A DNA stretch of 64,000 bases, from the NCBI GenBank assembly GCA_963772715.1, contig CAVYYM010000033.1:220549-284548 (forward strand), written 5' to 3'. Positions 18,911 to 29,918 of this stretch are shown here, piece by piece; positions within the stretch are counted from its first letter, which is position 1; each line of letters begins with the position of its first letter. The notes beneath the pieces were generated by a model. The model worked only from the letters and a program-made list of their open reading frames with translations. It ran no database searches and was not told the origin of the DNA. The translations under genes were made by a program, and so were the position numbers. This DNA is from an uncultured Bacteroidota bacterium. Lineage in GTDB: Bacteria; Bacteroidota; Bacteroidia; Bacteroidales; VadinHA17.

Positions 18911-19941
18911 TTCTCCTGAAAGAGGTTTGAATCCGATGACCATCATGTCATCGATCTGCTGATTGCCCGCCATCCATGTTTTTATATTTTCATCCAGAAT
19001 CGATTTCTGGTCATTGACCGGGAAACTGTGAATCCGTGTAAGCAGATACCTGAACCTCCTGTACATGAACTTCTTGTTTTCGGTGCCTCCAAACTGGTCA
19101 ACATAGCCATCGGAAAATATATAAAGAATATCATTGTCAAGCAGTCCAGCTCATGGGATGTGTATTCCATCCTTTCAGGATTCATGCCGATAATTATTTT
19201 GTCTCCCTTTAACTCGGTAAGGGTATTGTCGCGGATAAGGTAAAGCGGAAAAAAGGCTCCGGAATACTCAAGTTTTCTTTTCTTCCTGTCAATGACGCAG
19301 AGACCTATATCCATACCATCCCTGATAATTGTTCCCATATTCTTTTCCCTGCTGAATGTTTTTTCAAGAGCCCTGTTCATTACAGCCAGAATTGCTGAAG
19401 GCTTTTCAATATTATCTTCGAGTATTGCTTTTTCGATTATCTCCAGACCCACCATCGACATCAGGGCTCCGGGCACACCGTGTCCGGTGCAATCGGCGGC
19501 AACAACGAAAATCTTGCCTCCCTTTTCACCGATCCAGTAAAAATCGCCGCTGACAATATCCTTCGGCCTGAAAAAAATAAAGGAGTCACTGAAATGTTTT
19601 CTGAAAAACACCTCGGACGGCAAAAGGGCTTCCTGTATCCTCTGTGCATATATCAGACTGTCAGTCAGATTTTTGTCCCGCAGTTCAAGTTCATGCTTCT
19701 GCTTTTCAATCTGTTCAAGAGCCTGCTCCTTTTCCTTCAGCACCTGACGGGTTAAAAACAGACTCCGTGTCTGGGATATAATTGAAATGAGAAGAAAAGC
19801 CAGCGCAATGAAAAGAAGAATTCTCATTGAAAACTCAGGGAGATTCAACCATACGTTGTACAGTGAACCTGCAGGCGCAAAACAAAACACCGAACATGGC
19901 AGATAACCATATATCAGAAGAGTACTCATGCTATTCTGCAA
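18875..19941 (-). pseudogene. Membrane-anchored PP2C/SpoIIE-family serine phosphatase, one frameshift
   Basis: ORF 18982..19941 contains the SpoIIE core (SGDFYW...VAADCTGHGVPGALMS...). After ..YTSHELD the homologous continuation LLDNDILYIFSDGYVDQFGG..MYRRFRYLL.. lies in the frame of ORF 18875..19066. The total length is 1067 nt, not a multiple of 3. The junction is near 19140-19150. Confidence 0.75.
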
Positions 19942-19990
19942 AAATAGTTAAATTGAGCAGATCGGGCTTTCAGTTCACGGAATTTGACAA

Positions 19991-21811
19991 TCAGAAATTT
20001 ACATTTACTTCGTCAAAGCCGGGAAATGACAGATGTGAGTTCTTTATGGAAGGAGAAGGGATAAAAGGACCGAGTTCAAGAGATCCCCACTTTTTGTCGA
20101 TGGCATCGACAGTGTCTCGTGAGGAAACGACTACATTAGGCCATTTTCGCAAGAAACCGCCTTCGCGGAAAGCTTTGGCTGTGCCATCGATGAAAAGCAG
20201 GTTCTCAGAAAGCAGTTCTGTATCACGCAGGGGATCCGAATTGCCGAGAACCTGCCATGCAACCTGGTATAAATCATTAACATCCACGGTTTTATCAACA
20301 GCGAGTATCAGCCGGAGATCATCCTGAATGTGAATTGCCTCCAATTCCTTTTTTGCTTTTCTGACTGCCTGCCGATCTTCAGCCTGGTTCAGTCCCGTAA
20401 CAATCATTCTCCTTCCATCAGAAGGATGAGGCGGTATTGTCTCAGGCATCTCTTCATCAAGCTTCATAGTGGCATCAACACCCAGTTTGCCTCCGAGGGC
20501 AGGTATCTCGGAAGTATGGTCAAGCACATCGAGCGGACCTGACATAAAGAGCAGATCCTTATTGAATGCAGCATTCCTGAAAACATGATCCATAACCTGA
20601 CTGTAATTCCTGATATCGACATCACCGCTTACAACCACAAGATATTTGGTGAACATCATCTGTCCTGCTCCGAACAATGAGCTTATGACTTTCTTGCCCT
20701 GGCCAGGGTATGATTTCCTGATCTTTACTATTACCAGGTTATGGGCAACACCAGCTGCAGGCATGTGAAAGTCTTCTAATTCGGGCAGGATCGCCAGTCT
20801 TAGCGGTGCCAGAAAGATCTTTTCAGTCGCTTTGGCCAGCCAGGCATCCTCCATAGGCGGAATACCGACAATGGTTGCAGGGTAGACAGCTTTCCGGGAA
20901 TGAGTTATGCATGTCACATGAAATCGCGGATAGAAATCGGCCAGGGAATAAAAGCCCGTATGGTCGCCAAAGGGTCCTTCAAGCACGGGTTCTTCTGCAG
21001 GATCGACATACCCTTCAATGACTATATCTGCATCTGAAGGAACATAGAGGTCATTGGTAAGGCATTTTACCAGCTTTACCTTTTTCTTCCTGAGAAATCC
21101 CGCAAGAACATACTCGTCGATGTTTTCAGGCAATGGTGCAGTCGATGCGTATGTGTATACCGGATCTCCTCCCAGGGCTACGGAAACAGGCATTTTCCCA
21201 CCGGTTTTCTTCCATTCCCCGAAATGGACTGCACCTGTTTTATGTCGCTGCCAGTGCATCGCAGTGGTCTTATTATCAAGTATCTGCATCCTGTACATCC
21301 CGACATTTGTTTTACCTGTGACAGGATGCACTGTATGGACCATAGGAAGGGTGATGAAGCGGCCGCCGTCATGAGGCCAGCATTTGAGGACAGGAAGAAT
21401 AGAGAGGTCGGGCTCCCGGTGGATCACCTGCTGGCAGGCACCTTTGCCTTTACTGCGGACAGGAAGGTAACCTGAGATCTTTATCAATGAGGGCAGGGAA
21501 GATATTTTTTTCAGCAGATTGTCTTTTGAGTCAGTAAGAGCAGAGAATGTATCTGCAAGATCATTTGCTGCCTCCTCCAGGTCTTTCCTGCTTATGGCCA
21601 TTGCCATCCGTTCATCGGTACCGAAAGCATTAATGAGTAGTTGAAAGGACGTGCCGGTATTTTCGAAGAGCAGGGCTTTCCCTCCGGATTTGGATATGCG
21701 GTCGGTGACTTCGGTTATTTCCAGAACAGGATCGACGAATACACGGATCCGATGAAGCTCTGAATGCTTTTCCAGATCGTTGATGAAATCGGATAGGCCG
21801 TGATATGGCAT
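19991..21811 (-). CDS. UbiD-family decarboxylase (menaquinone-biosynthesis-decarboxylase-like long form)
   Basis: The ORF spans 19991..21889. The likely start is MPYHGLSDFINDLEKHSELHRIRVFVDPVLEITEV at 21811. UbiD core motifs run throughout (ALLFENTG, RMQILD, GGDP). Confidence 0.85.
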   Translation of the reverse strand: MPYHGLSDFINDLEKHSELHRIRVFVDPVLEITEVTDRISKSGGKALLFENTGTSFQLLINAFGTDERMAMAISRKDLEEAANDLADTFSALTDSKDNLLKKISSLPSLIKISGYLPVRSKGKGACQQVIHREPDLSILPVLKCWPHDGGRFITLPMVHTVHPVTGKTNVGMYRMQILDNKTTAMHWQRHKTGAVHFGEWKKTGGKMPVSVALGGDPVYTYASTAPLPENIDEYVLAGFLRKKKVKLVKCLTNDLYVPSDADIVIEGYVDPAEEPVLEGPFGDHTGFYSLADFYPRFHVTCITHSRKAVYPATIVGIPPMEDAWLAKATEKIFLAPLRLAILPELEDFHMPAAGVAHNLVIVKIRKSYPGQGKKVISSLFGAGQMMFTKYLVVVSGDVDIRNYSQVMDHVFRNAAFNKDLLFMSGPLDVLDHTSEIPALGGKLGVDATMKLDEEMPETIPPHPSDGRRMIVTGLNQAEDRQAVRKAKKELEAIHIQDDLRLILAVDKTVDVNDLYQVAWQVLGNSDPLRDTELLSENLLFIDGTAKAFREGGFLRKWPNVVVSSRDTVDAIDKKWGSLELGPFIPSPSIKNSHLSFPGFDEVNVNF

Positions 21812-21860
21812 AGAAAGATAAAAGACCAAAGATAAAAGATGGGGGTATATAAAACAATAA

Positions 21861-21888
21861 TGGGAACTATTCCGAGGAGTAGTTCCCA
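21861..21888 (-). terminator. Intrinsic terminator or attenuator hairpin about 50 nt upstream of the ubiD-family start
   Basis: On the minus strand, a 9-bp stem in TGGGAACTA-CTCCTCGGAA-TAGTTCCCA is followed by TTATTGTTTT. Confidence 0.55.
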
Positions 21889-22355
21889 TCCACCGTTTAC
21901 GACCGAAGCCGTTAACGGAGTCGGATTACTGTTATTCCGGCCGGCTGCATTACAGGTCTTACGATCTGGTTTTGCAACCCATGGCTTTCAGGTCCTGCTT
22001 GTTATGGCAGATCCTTACGGCTGTCCTTTTTTTCCAGCCTTTCGGCCGGACATTCCAGGACGAAGTGTCCTTCAGGCTCCGGTGACATTTCCCGGAGGAT
22101 TTGTTACCAGTTTCAGTTGACTTGGGGCCGAAGCCCTTCGTTTCCCTGAAGCCCTGTGACCCAGTCGTTGAAAGAACGTTTCCGGTTTTCTACGACCTGC
22201 TGAACATCCGGGATTGGTCTGGGACCAGGTTCCCTTTGCTCAGGTTTCGGCTCTCTTGATGCGCAGACCCGAGGGTCTGAATGATCCGGATTGTGTTTCA
22301 TTTAAGTAACCTTTTCCGGTTCCACATCGTTCAAGCAGCCTTTTATCGCTCACCC
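21861..22355 (-). ncRNA. Candidate structured RNA of unknown class (about 0.5 kb)
   Basis: It fills the 580-nt spacer between the eno stop and the ubiD start. It is visibly more GC-rich than its flanks. On the minus strand it has several short helices closed by UUCG, GAAA or CUCG loops (22264-22279, 22125-22136, 22058-22070, 22034-22049, 21900-21923) and a CUCCGG/CCGGAG helix. There is a 5' -7 box and a 3' terminator. ORFs in the region have non-protein-like composition. The class is unassigned. Confidence 0.35.
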
Positions 22356-22362
22356 GATAGAT

Positions 22363-22370
22363 CAAATATA
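22363..22370 (-). promoter_or_regulatory. Candidate -7 box (TATATTTG) upstream of the structured region
   Basis: The minus strand reads TATATTTG within an AT-rich tract about 100 nt downstream of the eno stop. This is a motif match only. Confidence 0.3.
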
Positions 22371-22469
22371 TATCAAGAATATCAAAAAACCATGTAAACG
22401 AAACCCATGTTGTAAACCCGATATAAACAGGAGTTATCAACAATTGTTAATAACGCCGGAAAGGGTCCA

Positions 22470-23753
<1,284 letters not shown>

Positions 23754-23786
23754 TTAGTTTTAATATTAAACAATTGTGCAATATAC

Positions 23787-23823
23787 AAAAAAAAGGGATA
23801 ATGATCATTATGACATATCCCTT
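23787..23823 (-). terminator. Intrinsic terminator after rplQ (end of the ribosomal supercluster)
   Basis: On the minus strand, an 8-bp stem AAGGGATA/TATCCCTT is followed by a T8 run. Confidence 0.6.
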
Positions 23824-23846
23824 TCAGCTTAAAATATTTATTCTGT

Positions 23847-24386
23847 CTACTTTTCCTCTTCCTTTGACTCTTTATCAGCGGGAGCTTCTTTTTTTGCAGA
23901 TGGTTCCTCAGTTTTTTCAGCAACTGTTACAGCAGTTTTTTCTGCACCTTCAGTCTTCTTCTTCGAAGGTGATCTTCTTCTACGCGTCGTTTTGGTTTTT
24001 GCACCTTCGCCTCCGCCCATCATGGCTTCGTTGTAATCGACCAGCTCCAGTATGCACATTTCGGCGTTATCACCGATCCTGTTTCCTGTTTTCAATATAC
24101 GGGTATAACCTCCGTGCCTTTCAGCAATCTTGGGTGAAATTTCCCTGAAAAGCTCAGCTACAGCCTTCTTGTCTTTAAGGAAGCTGAAAACCTCTCTCCT
24201 TGAGTGTGTTGAATCCTCCTTCGACTTTGTGATAATCGGTTCAACATAAGTCCTGAGAGCTTTTGCCTTCGCTGTAGTAGTGGTGATCCTTTTATGCATG
24301 ATAAGCGAGGCAGCCATATTTGAAAGCATCGACTTCCTGTGTGAACTCGTCCTTCCCAAATGATTTATAACTCTTGAATGTCGCAT
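23847..24386 (-). CDS. rplQ: 50S ribosomal protein L17 (with Lys/Glu-rich C-terminal extension)
   Basis: 179-aa [28 protein letters not shown]... is canonical L17. It is the last gene of the alpha operon. Confidence 0.95.
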   Translation of the reverse strand: MRHSRVINHLGRTSSHRKSMLSNMAASLIMHKRITTTTAKAKALRTYVEPIITKSKEDSTHSRREVFSFLKDKKAVAELFREISPKIAERHGGYTRILKTGNRIGDNAEMCILELVDYNEAMMGGGEGAKTKTTRRRRSPSKKKTEGAEKTAVTVAEKTEEPSAKKEAPADKESKEEEK

Positions 24387-24413
24387 TGCTATGTTTCCTT
24401 CCCAATTTTCAGA

Positions 24414-25406
24414 TTAATCTTTCTCTAACTTGTATTTGCTCACATCCATCCCGAACGAAAGATTCATTGATTCGAGAAGCTCGTCGAGCTCTGTAAGTGA
24501 TTTTTTTCCAAAGTTCCTGAACTTGAGAAGGTCGTTCTTGTTGAATTTAACAAGGTCGCCAAGTGTCTCAACCTCAGCGGCTTTGAGGCAGTTCAATGCT
24601 CTGACTGAAAGATCGAGATCGATCAGTTTTGTTTTGAGCAGTTGTCTCATATGCAGTACTTCTTCATCAAATTCCTCATTTGCCAGCTTATCGTCTGAAT
24701 CGAGGGTTATCTTTTCATCCGAGAAGAGCATGAAATGATATATCAGGATCTTGGCAGCTTCCTTGAGCGCTTCCTTGGGATGTATCGATCCGTCGGTTTC
24801 AATTTCAAAGAGAAGCTTCTCATAATCAGTCTTTTCCTCAACACGGTAGTTTTCGATGGAATACTTCACATTTCTTACCGGTGTGAAGATGGAATCGATT
24901 GCAATAAGGCCAAATTCAGCGTCGGCAGGTTCATTCTCCTCTGCCGGGACATATCCGCGTCCCTTGCTGATTGAAAGGTCAAGATGGAGCTTTACATCGG
25001 GCTCCATTCTGAAGAGGACAAGTTCGGGATTGAGAATCTCGAAGCTGCTCAACGAATTATTCAGATCTCCGGCCTTGAATACTTCCTTGTTGTGGATCTT
25101 GACGGTGACTTTTTCCTGATCGACGTCCTCGACGGTTCTTTTGAACCTTACCTGTTTCAGGTTAAGAATGATCTCGGTCACATCTTCAATGACACCTGTA
25201 ATGGTGGAGAACTCGTGGTCGATGCCATCGATCTTTATGGCGGTGATTGCAAATCCTTCGAGTGAAGAGAGGAGTATTCTTCTCAGTGCATTACCTACAG
25301 TAATACCATAGCCAGGTTCAAGTGGACGGAACTCGAATTTGCCGAGTTTGTCGTCCGCTTCCAGCATTATTACTTTGTCGGGCTTCTGGAATGATAATAT
25401 GGCCAT
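24414..25406 (-). CDS. rpoA: DNA-directed RNA polymerase subunit alpha
   Basis: 330-aa ORF with the N-terminal dimerisation domain and the C-terminal domain ([21 protein letters not shown]). Confidence 0.97.
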   Translation of the reverse strand: MAILSFQKPDKVIMLEADDKLGKFEFRPLEPGYGITVGNALRRILLSSLEGFAITAIKIDGIDHEFSTITGVIEDVTEIILNLKQVRFKRTVEDVDQEKVTVKIHNKEVFKAGDLNNSLSSFEILNPELVLFRMEPDVKLHLDLSISKGRGYVPAEENEPADAEFGLIAIDSIFTPVRNVKYSIENYRVEEKTDYEKLLFEIETDGSIHPKEALKEAAKILIYHFMLFSDEKITLDSDDKLANEEFDEEVLHMRQLLKTKLIDLDLSVRALNCLKAAEVETLGDLVKFNKNDLLKFRNFGKKSLTELDELLESMNLSFGMDVSKYKLEKD

Positions 25407-25424
25407 AGAATTTATCTTATATGA

Positions 25425-26033
25425 TTATTTTGAATACAATTCAACGATAAGCTGTTCCTTAATATCTTCAGGAATATCCGTACGTTCCGGCAGATTCATG
25501 AACTTGCCTGCCATCTGTGTGTCATCCCACTCAAGCCACGAAAGCTTGGATGATTTTCTTGTTGTCAGTGAATCGACGATTGTTTCGAGTGATTTTGACT
25601 TCTCGCGCACACCGATTATGTCGCCCGGCTTAAGCTGGAAAGAAGGGATATTCACCACTCCTCCGTTCACCGTAATATGACGGTGTGAAACCAGCTGGCG
25701 CGCTCCGGCTCTTGTGGGAGCAACTCCAAGGCGGTAAATTACATTATCGAGACGTGATTCAAGGAGCTGAAGAAGGACCTCACCCGTGACGCCTTTTGTC
25801 CTGGAGGCTTTTTCAAATGTATTCCTGAACTGACGTTCAAGGATGCCATAAGTATATTTTGCCTTCTGCTTTTCCCTCAGCTGAACTCCGTATTCAGAAG
25901 TCTTTTTTCTCTTCTTGTTGAGCCCGTGCTGGCCGGGAGGGAAATTTTTCCTTTCGAGGTGTTTGTCTGGTCCGAAGATAGGTTCTCCGAATTTTCTTGC
26001 GACTCTTGATTTTGGGCCGGTATATCTTGCCAT
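25425..26033 (-). CDS. rpsD: 30S ribosomal protein S4
   Basis: 202-aa [24 protein letters not shown]... is canonical S4. Confidence 0.97.
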   Translation of the reverse strand: MARYTGPKSRVARKFGEPIFGPDKHLERKNFPPGQHGLNKKRKKTSEYGVQLREKQKAKYTYGILERQFRNTFEKASRTKGVTGEVLLQLLESRLDNVIYRLGVAPTRAGARQLVSHRHITVNGGVVNIPSFQLKPGDIIGVREKSKSLETIVDSLTTRKSSKLSWLEWDDTQMAGKFMNLPERTDIPEDIKEQLIVELYSK

Positions 26034-26067
26034 TTTCTTTTAAAATATTTGAACTTACTTATTTATT

Positions 26068-26133
26068 TATTTCGGATTTCGAATTTCGGATTTCGAAATT
26101 AAATCCGCAATCCGAAATCCGCAATCCGCAATT
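26068..26133. repeat. Tandem-unit hairpin, locus B (7-nt units ATTTCGG/ATTTCGA versus AATCCGC/AATCCGA) inside the alpha operon
   Basis: It has four heptamers per arm. On the transcribed minus-strand RNA I pair about 25 positions by hand, with two G-A mismatches and one G-U. It lies between the rpsK stop (26137) and the rpsD start (26033). Confidence 0.85.
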
Positions 26134-26136
26134 ATA

Positions 26137-26526
26137 TTAAACTCTCCTTCTTCCAGGTGCACGGCAGCCGTTATGCGGCATCGGGGTGACATCAATGATC
26201 TCAGTAACCTCTATTCCGACATTAGAGATCGCCCTGATGGCCGATTCACGTCCTGAGCCCGGTCCTTTTACGAAGACCTTCACTTTTCTGAGCCCCAGGT
26301 CGTAAGCAACCTTTCCGCACTCTTCAGATGCCATCTGCGCGGCATATGGAGTATTCTTCTTTGAACCCTTGAATCCCATTTTTCCGGAGGAGGCCCATGA
26401 AATGACCTGTCCTGAATTGTTGGTCAGGGTTACAATTATATTATTGAATGATGAATGTACATGTGCCTGGCCCGTGGGTTCAACCTTTACAATCCTCTTT
26501 TTTAATGCTCCAGTCTTCTTTGCCAT
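26137..26526 (-). CDS. rpsK: 30S ribosomal protein S11
   Basis: 129-aa ORF with the canonical S11 core ([24 protein letters not shown]). Confidence 0.97.
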   Translation of the reverse strand: MAKKTGALKKRIVKVEPTGQAHVHSSFNNIIVTLTNNSGQVISWASSGKMGFKGSKKNTPYAAQMASEECGKVAYDLGLRKVKVFVKGPGSGRESAIRAISNVGIEVTEIIDVTPMPHNGCRAPGRRRV

Positions 26527-26533
26527 AGTTTAT

Positions 26534-26911
26534 TTATTTAGTAGCTTTCTTCTTGTTTGCAACAGTTTTCTTCCTGCCCTTGCGGGTTCTGGCATTGTTT
26601 TTCGTACTCTGTCCCCTGACCGGCAGACCGAGCCTGTGGCGTACACCGCGGTAGCAACCGATATCCATCAGACGCTTAATATTCAGCTGTGTTTCAGAAC
26701 GGAGCTCTCCTTCGAGCTTATATTTCTCATTAAGGATGCGGCGGATACTATTGATCTGTTCATCGGTCCACTCCTCAACCTTAGCTTGCCTGTCAACACC
26801 GGCTTCATCGAGCACTTTCTGTGCAATGCTTCTGCCCACCCCGTAAATGTAGGTAAGACCGACTTCACCTCTTTTATGTCTTGGTAAATCTACCCCAACA
26901 ATTCGTGCCAT
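26534..26911 (-). CDS. rpsM: 30S ribosomal protein S13
   Basis: 125-aa [29 protein letters not shown]. Confidence 0.97.
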   Translation of the reverse strand: MARIVGVDLPRHKRGEVGLTYIYGVGRSIAQKVLDEAGVDRQAKVEEWTDEQINSIRRILNEKYKLEGELRSETQLNIKRLMDIGCYRGVRHRLGLPVRGQSTKNNARTRKGRKKTVANKKKATK

Positions 26912-26950
26912 ATTTTACTTTCTTAAATTGAGTTGCAAAAATAGTTAAAA

Positions 26951-27067
26951 TTATCCCTGTCTCTGTTTGAACTTGGGATTTTTCTTATTAATTACGTAAA
27001 TGCGCCCTTTCCTCCTGACTATCTTGCAGTCAGCGCTGCGCTTTTTTACAGATGCTCTTACTTTCAT
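26951..27067 (-). CDS. rpmJ: 50S ribosomal protein L36
   Basis: Below the ORF-track cutoff. Manual translation gives [38 protein letters not shown] (38 aa), located between infA and rpsM. Confidence 0.93.
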   Translation of the reverse strand: MKVRASVKKRSADCKIVRRKGRIYVINKKNPKFKQRQG

Positions 27068-27080
27068 TATCTTAAAATTT

Positions 27081-27299
27081 CTATTTATACCTGAATGTTA
27101 TTCTTCCTTTTGTCAGATCGTATGGTGACATTTCCACTTTAACCTTATCGCCCGGCAGGATCTTTATATAGTGCATCCTCATCTTTCCTGAGATATGGGC
27201 GGTAATCACATGCCCGTTCTCGAGTTCAACCCTGAACATCGCATTCGAAAGGGCTTCAATGATAGTGCCGTCCTGCTCAATTGACGGTTGTTTTGCCAT
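27081..27299 (-). CDS. infA: Translation initiation factor IF-1
   Basis: 72-aa [33 protein letters not shown]. Confidence 0.97.
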   Translation of the reverse strand: MAKQPSIEQDGTIIEALSNAMFRVELENGHVITAHISGKMRMHYIKILPGDKVKVEMSPYDLTKGRITFRYK

Positions 27300-27303
27300 A
27301 CAA

Positions 27304-28083
27304 TTACATTTTATTTAATACTTCCTCTATAAAATCAAATGTTGTCAATACGTCCGCTTTTCCCTTATTGACAGCTACAGCATATTCAAAATGTGCCGAG
27401 GGTTTTCCATCAGCAGTTTTTATTGTCCATCCATCGCTCATCTGAAGAGTTTCCTTATTACCCATGTTGATCATCGGTTCGATGCAGATAACCAGTCCCG
27501 TTTCCATTTTTGGTCCTGTGCCTTTCTTCCCGAAGTTCGGCACTTCAGGCGGCTCGTGCATTTTCTTTCCAATTCCATGACCAACAAGCTCCCTGACAAC
27601 CGAATATCCTCCGCTTTCAGCTTTTGACTGCACCGCATAAGAAACGTCACCAATCCTGTTTCCTGCAATTGCAGCCCTGACACCCTCTTCAAGCGATGCC
27701 CTTGTAAAATCCAGAAGACGTCTGACCTCCTCTTTTATTTCTCCGACAGCAAAAGTAAAAGCACTGTCTCCAACCCAGCCATTCAGAGTTGCTCCGCAGT
27801 CGACTGAAATAATATCTCCTTCCCTAAGCTCATAGCCTGAAGGGATACCGTGGACAATCTCATCATTGACAGATGTGCAAAGAGTGTTGGGGAAACCTCC
27901 ATATCCCTTGAATGCCGGAACCGCATTATGGTCCCTGATGAATTCTTCGGCAATTCTATCGAGATAAAGAGTTGTAACCCCGGGTTTTATGTGTCTGGCA
28001 ATTTCAGCAAGCGTCATCGACACCAGCATATTGCTTTCCTTTAACAACCCAACCTCTTCATCAGTCTTTAAATACAACATCAA
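27304..28083 (-). CDS. map: Type I methionine aminopeptidase
   Basis: 259-aa ORF with the metal-binding motif context (VHGIP, DCG, GHGIG, EPM). Confidence 0.95.
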   Translation of the reverse strand: MMLYLKTDEEVGLLKESNMLVSMTLAEIARHIKPGVTTLYLDRIAEEFIRDHNAVPAFKGYGGFPNTLCTSVNDEIVHGIPSGYELREGDIISVDCGATLNGWVGDSAFTFAVGEIKEEVRRLLDFTRASLEEGVRAAIAGNRIGDVSYAVQSKAESGGYSVVRELVGHGIGKKMHEPPEVPNFGKKGTGPKMETGLVICIEPMINMGNKETLQMSDGWTIKTADGKPSAHFEYAVAVNKGKADVLTTFDFIEEVLNKM

Positions 28084-28099
28084 AGAACGTTAATACTAT

Positions 28100-29437
28100 T
28101 TATATCGAGGTAGTTGCACCTGATCTGCCTTTCACGCGGCCCGATTTCATAAGCCCGTCGTAATGACGCATGAGCAGGTGGCTTTCGATCTGCTGCAGGG
28201 TGTCGAGAATGACTCCCACAAGGATCAAAAGCGATGTCCCTCCGTAAAACTGTGCAAACTGAGGCGATACTCCGGCTATTACCGCAATGGCAGGCAGCAC
28301 CGCTATTATTGCAAGGAAAATTGAACCAGGCAATGTAATCCTTGACATTATCATATCAAAGAATTCAACGGTTTTCCTTCCTGGTTTTATTCCCGGGATG
28401 AATCCCCCGTTCTTCTTCATGTCTTCAGCCATCTGAACGGGATTTATTGTAATTGCGGTATAGAAATATGTAAATGCAACTATCAGGATTGCTGTCACCA
28501 GGTTGTACCAGAAACCATATGTATTCGAGAAAGTGACAACGAATCCGGAGCTTTGGTCCCTGAAGCCTGCTATCAGCATGGGCACCATCATGATTGCCTG
28601 GGCAAAGATGATCGGCATTACACCGGCAGCGTTGACTTTCAGTGGAATATACTGACGAACTCCTCCGTACTGCTTGTTGCCAATAATACGCCTCGCATAC
28701 TGGACAGGCACCCGCCTGGTTCCCTGCACCAGCATTATCGTTCCGATAATAACCACAAACCAGATGAGAATCTCAGCAATAAGTGCAATCGGGCCGCCGG
28801 TACCGTTCATCCTGGTTCCCCATTCGAAGAGGAAATTCTGAGGCAGACGCGCCACAATGCCTATCATTATAATAAGTGATATACCGTTTCCGATACCTTT
28901 GTCCGTTATTTTTTCTCCCAGCCACATCACGAAGATCGTTCCTGCAGTCAGGATGATGGTCGACGATATCATGAAGAATCGCTGATATGAACCGCTGAGA
29001 ACAAATGCTCCTGCATCGAGAGTACGTGTAAGACTGATAAGATAGGTAGGAGCCTGAAGAATCAGGATGATCACAGTCAGATACCTGGTGTACTGGTTCA
29101 TCTTGCGTCTTCCGCTTTCGCCCTCCTTCTGAAGCTTCTGGAAATACGGGAAAACTATACCAAGAAGCTGGACCACGATCGATGCTGATATATAGGGCAT
29201 AATTCCCAGTGCGAATATTGAAGCCTGTGAGAATGCACCACCGGAGAACATATCAAAAAGTCCCATGATACCGCTGGAGGTATTGTTCTGAAGATTAGTA
29301 AGAAATTCAGGATTAATACCAGGGAGTGAGACATACTTGCCAAGACGGTACAGCGCAACAATTGCCAGAGTATATAACAACCTTGCGCGGAGGTCTTCTA
29401 TCTTGAAGATGTTCTTTAGTGTCTGAAAGAATCTCAT
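28100..29437 (-). CDS. secY: Preprotein translocase subunit SecY
   Basis: 445-aa ORF with a 10-TM profile and typical SecY motifs, in the spc-operon position. Confidence 0.96.
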   Translation of the reverse strand: MRFFQTLKNIFKIEDLRARLLYTLAIVALYRLGKYVSLPGINPEFLTNLQNNTSSGIMGLFDMFSGGAFSQASIFALGIMPYISASIVVQLLGIVFPYFQKLQKEGESGRRKMNQYTRYLTVIILILQAPTYLISLTRTLDAGAFVLSGSYQRFFMISSTIILTAGTIFVMWLGEKITDKGIGNGISLIIMIGIVARLPQNFLFEWGTRMNGTGGPIALIAEILIWFVVIIGTIMLVQGTRRVPVQYARRIIGNKQYGGVRQYIPLKVNAAGVMPIIFAQAIMMVPMLIAGFRDQSSGFVVTFSNTYGFWYNLVTAILIVAFTYFYTAITINPVQMAEDMKKNGGFIPGIKPGRKTVEFFDMIMSRITLPGSIFLAIIAVLPAIAVIAGVSPQFAQFYGGTSLLILVGVILDTLQQIESHLLMRHYDGLMKSGRVKGRSGATTSI

Positions 29438-29441
29438 GAGA

Positions 29442-29888
29442 CTACAGTTTTACGACGGTTCCGTTTTTTGCTTCAATGGCTGCCACAGCTGATTTGCTGA
29501 AAGCGTGTGCATGTACTTCCAGTTTTTTCTCAAGGGTACCCTTACCAAGGATCTTCACCTGTGCGTTTTTAGAAACCAGTCCTGCATTTATAAGTACTTC
29601 AATGTCGATCTTCTCAAGCTTGTTTTTTTCTGCAAGGTTCTGGAGCACACCAATGTTGATGCCCTTGTATTCCTTGCGGTTGATGTTTTTAAAACCGTAT
29701 TTCGGAACGCGTCGCTGAAGCGGCATCTGGCCACCTTCAAATCCGATCTTCTTGCTGTATCCTGACCTGGATTTAGCGCCTTTATGGCCCCTGGTGGAGG
29801 TACCGCCTTTTCCGGAACCTTGTCCGCGACCTAAACGCTTGCTCCTTTTAACAGAGCCTTTTGCAGGTTTTAAATTACTCAAATCCAT
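29442..29888 (-). CDS. rplO: 50S ribosomal protein L15
   Basis: 148-aa ORF, LSNLKPAKGSVKRSKRLGRGQGSGKGGTSTRGHKG. Confidence 0.96.
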   Translation of the reverse strand: MDLSNLKPAKGSVKRSKRLGRGQGSGKGGTSTRGHKGAKSRSGYSKKIGFEGGQMPLQRRVPKYGFKNINRKEYKGINIGVLQNLAEKNKLEKIDIEVLINAGLVSKNAQVKILGKGTLEKKLEVHAHAFSKSAVAAIEAKNGTVVKL

Positions 29889-29918
29889 TACTTTATATCT
29901 TAAAATATGGTTTATACC

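Noticed and set aside
21861-22355. Identification of the structured region as RNase P RNA, tmRNA, SRP RNA, or a cobalamin or TPP riboswitch
   Set aside because: For RNase P, only degenerate look-alikes of CR-I and CR-IV are present (GGAAUGUCCGGCC and ACAGUAAUCCGACU). They cannot form the P4 pairing, are too close together, and there is no GGUAAGAGC-type block. For tmRNA, there is no T-arm (GGUUCGA) or tag ORF. For SRP RNA, there is no GGAAGCAGC motif. The short resemblances GGGAACCUGGUC and CGACUGG..GGGAAACGAAGGGC are too weak and out of context for the TPP or cobalamin aptamers. The class is left open.
21839-22443. Three ORFs (93 aa plus strand, 62 aa and 67 aa minus strand) in the eno/ubiD spacer
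   Set aside because: They have Pro/Arg/Gly-rich, low-information composition and overlap on both strands. They coincide with dense tetraloop-capped helices, so I interpret the region as RNA or non-coding rather than protein-coding.
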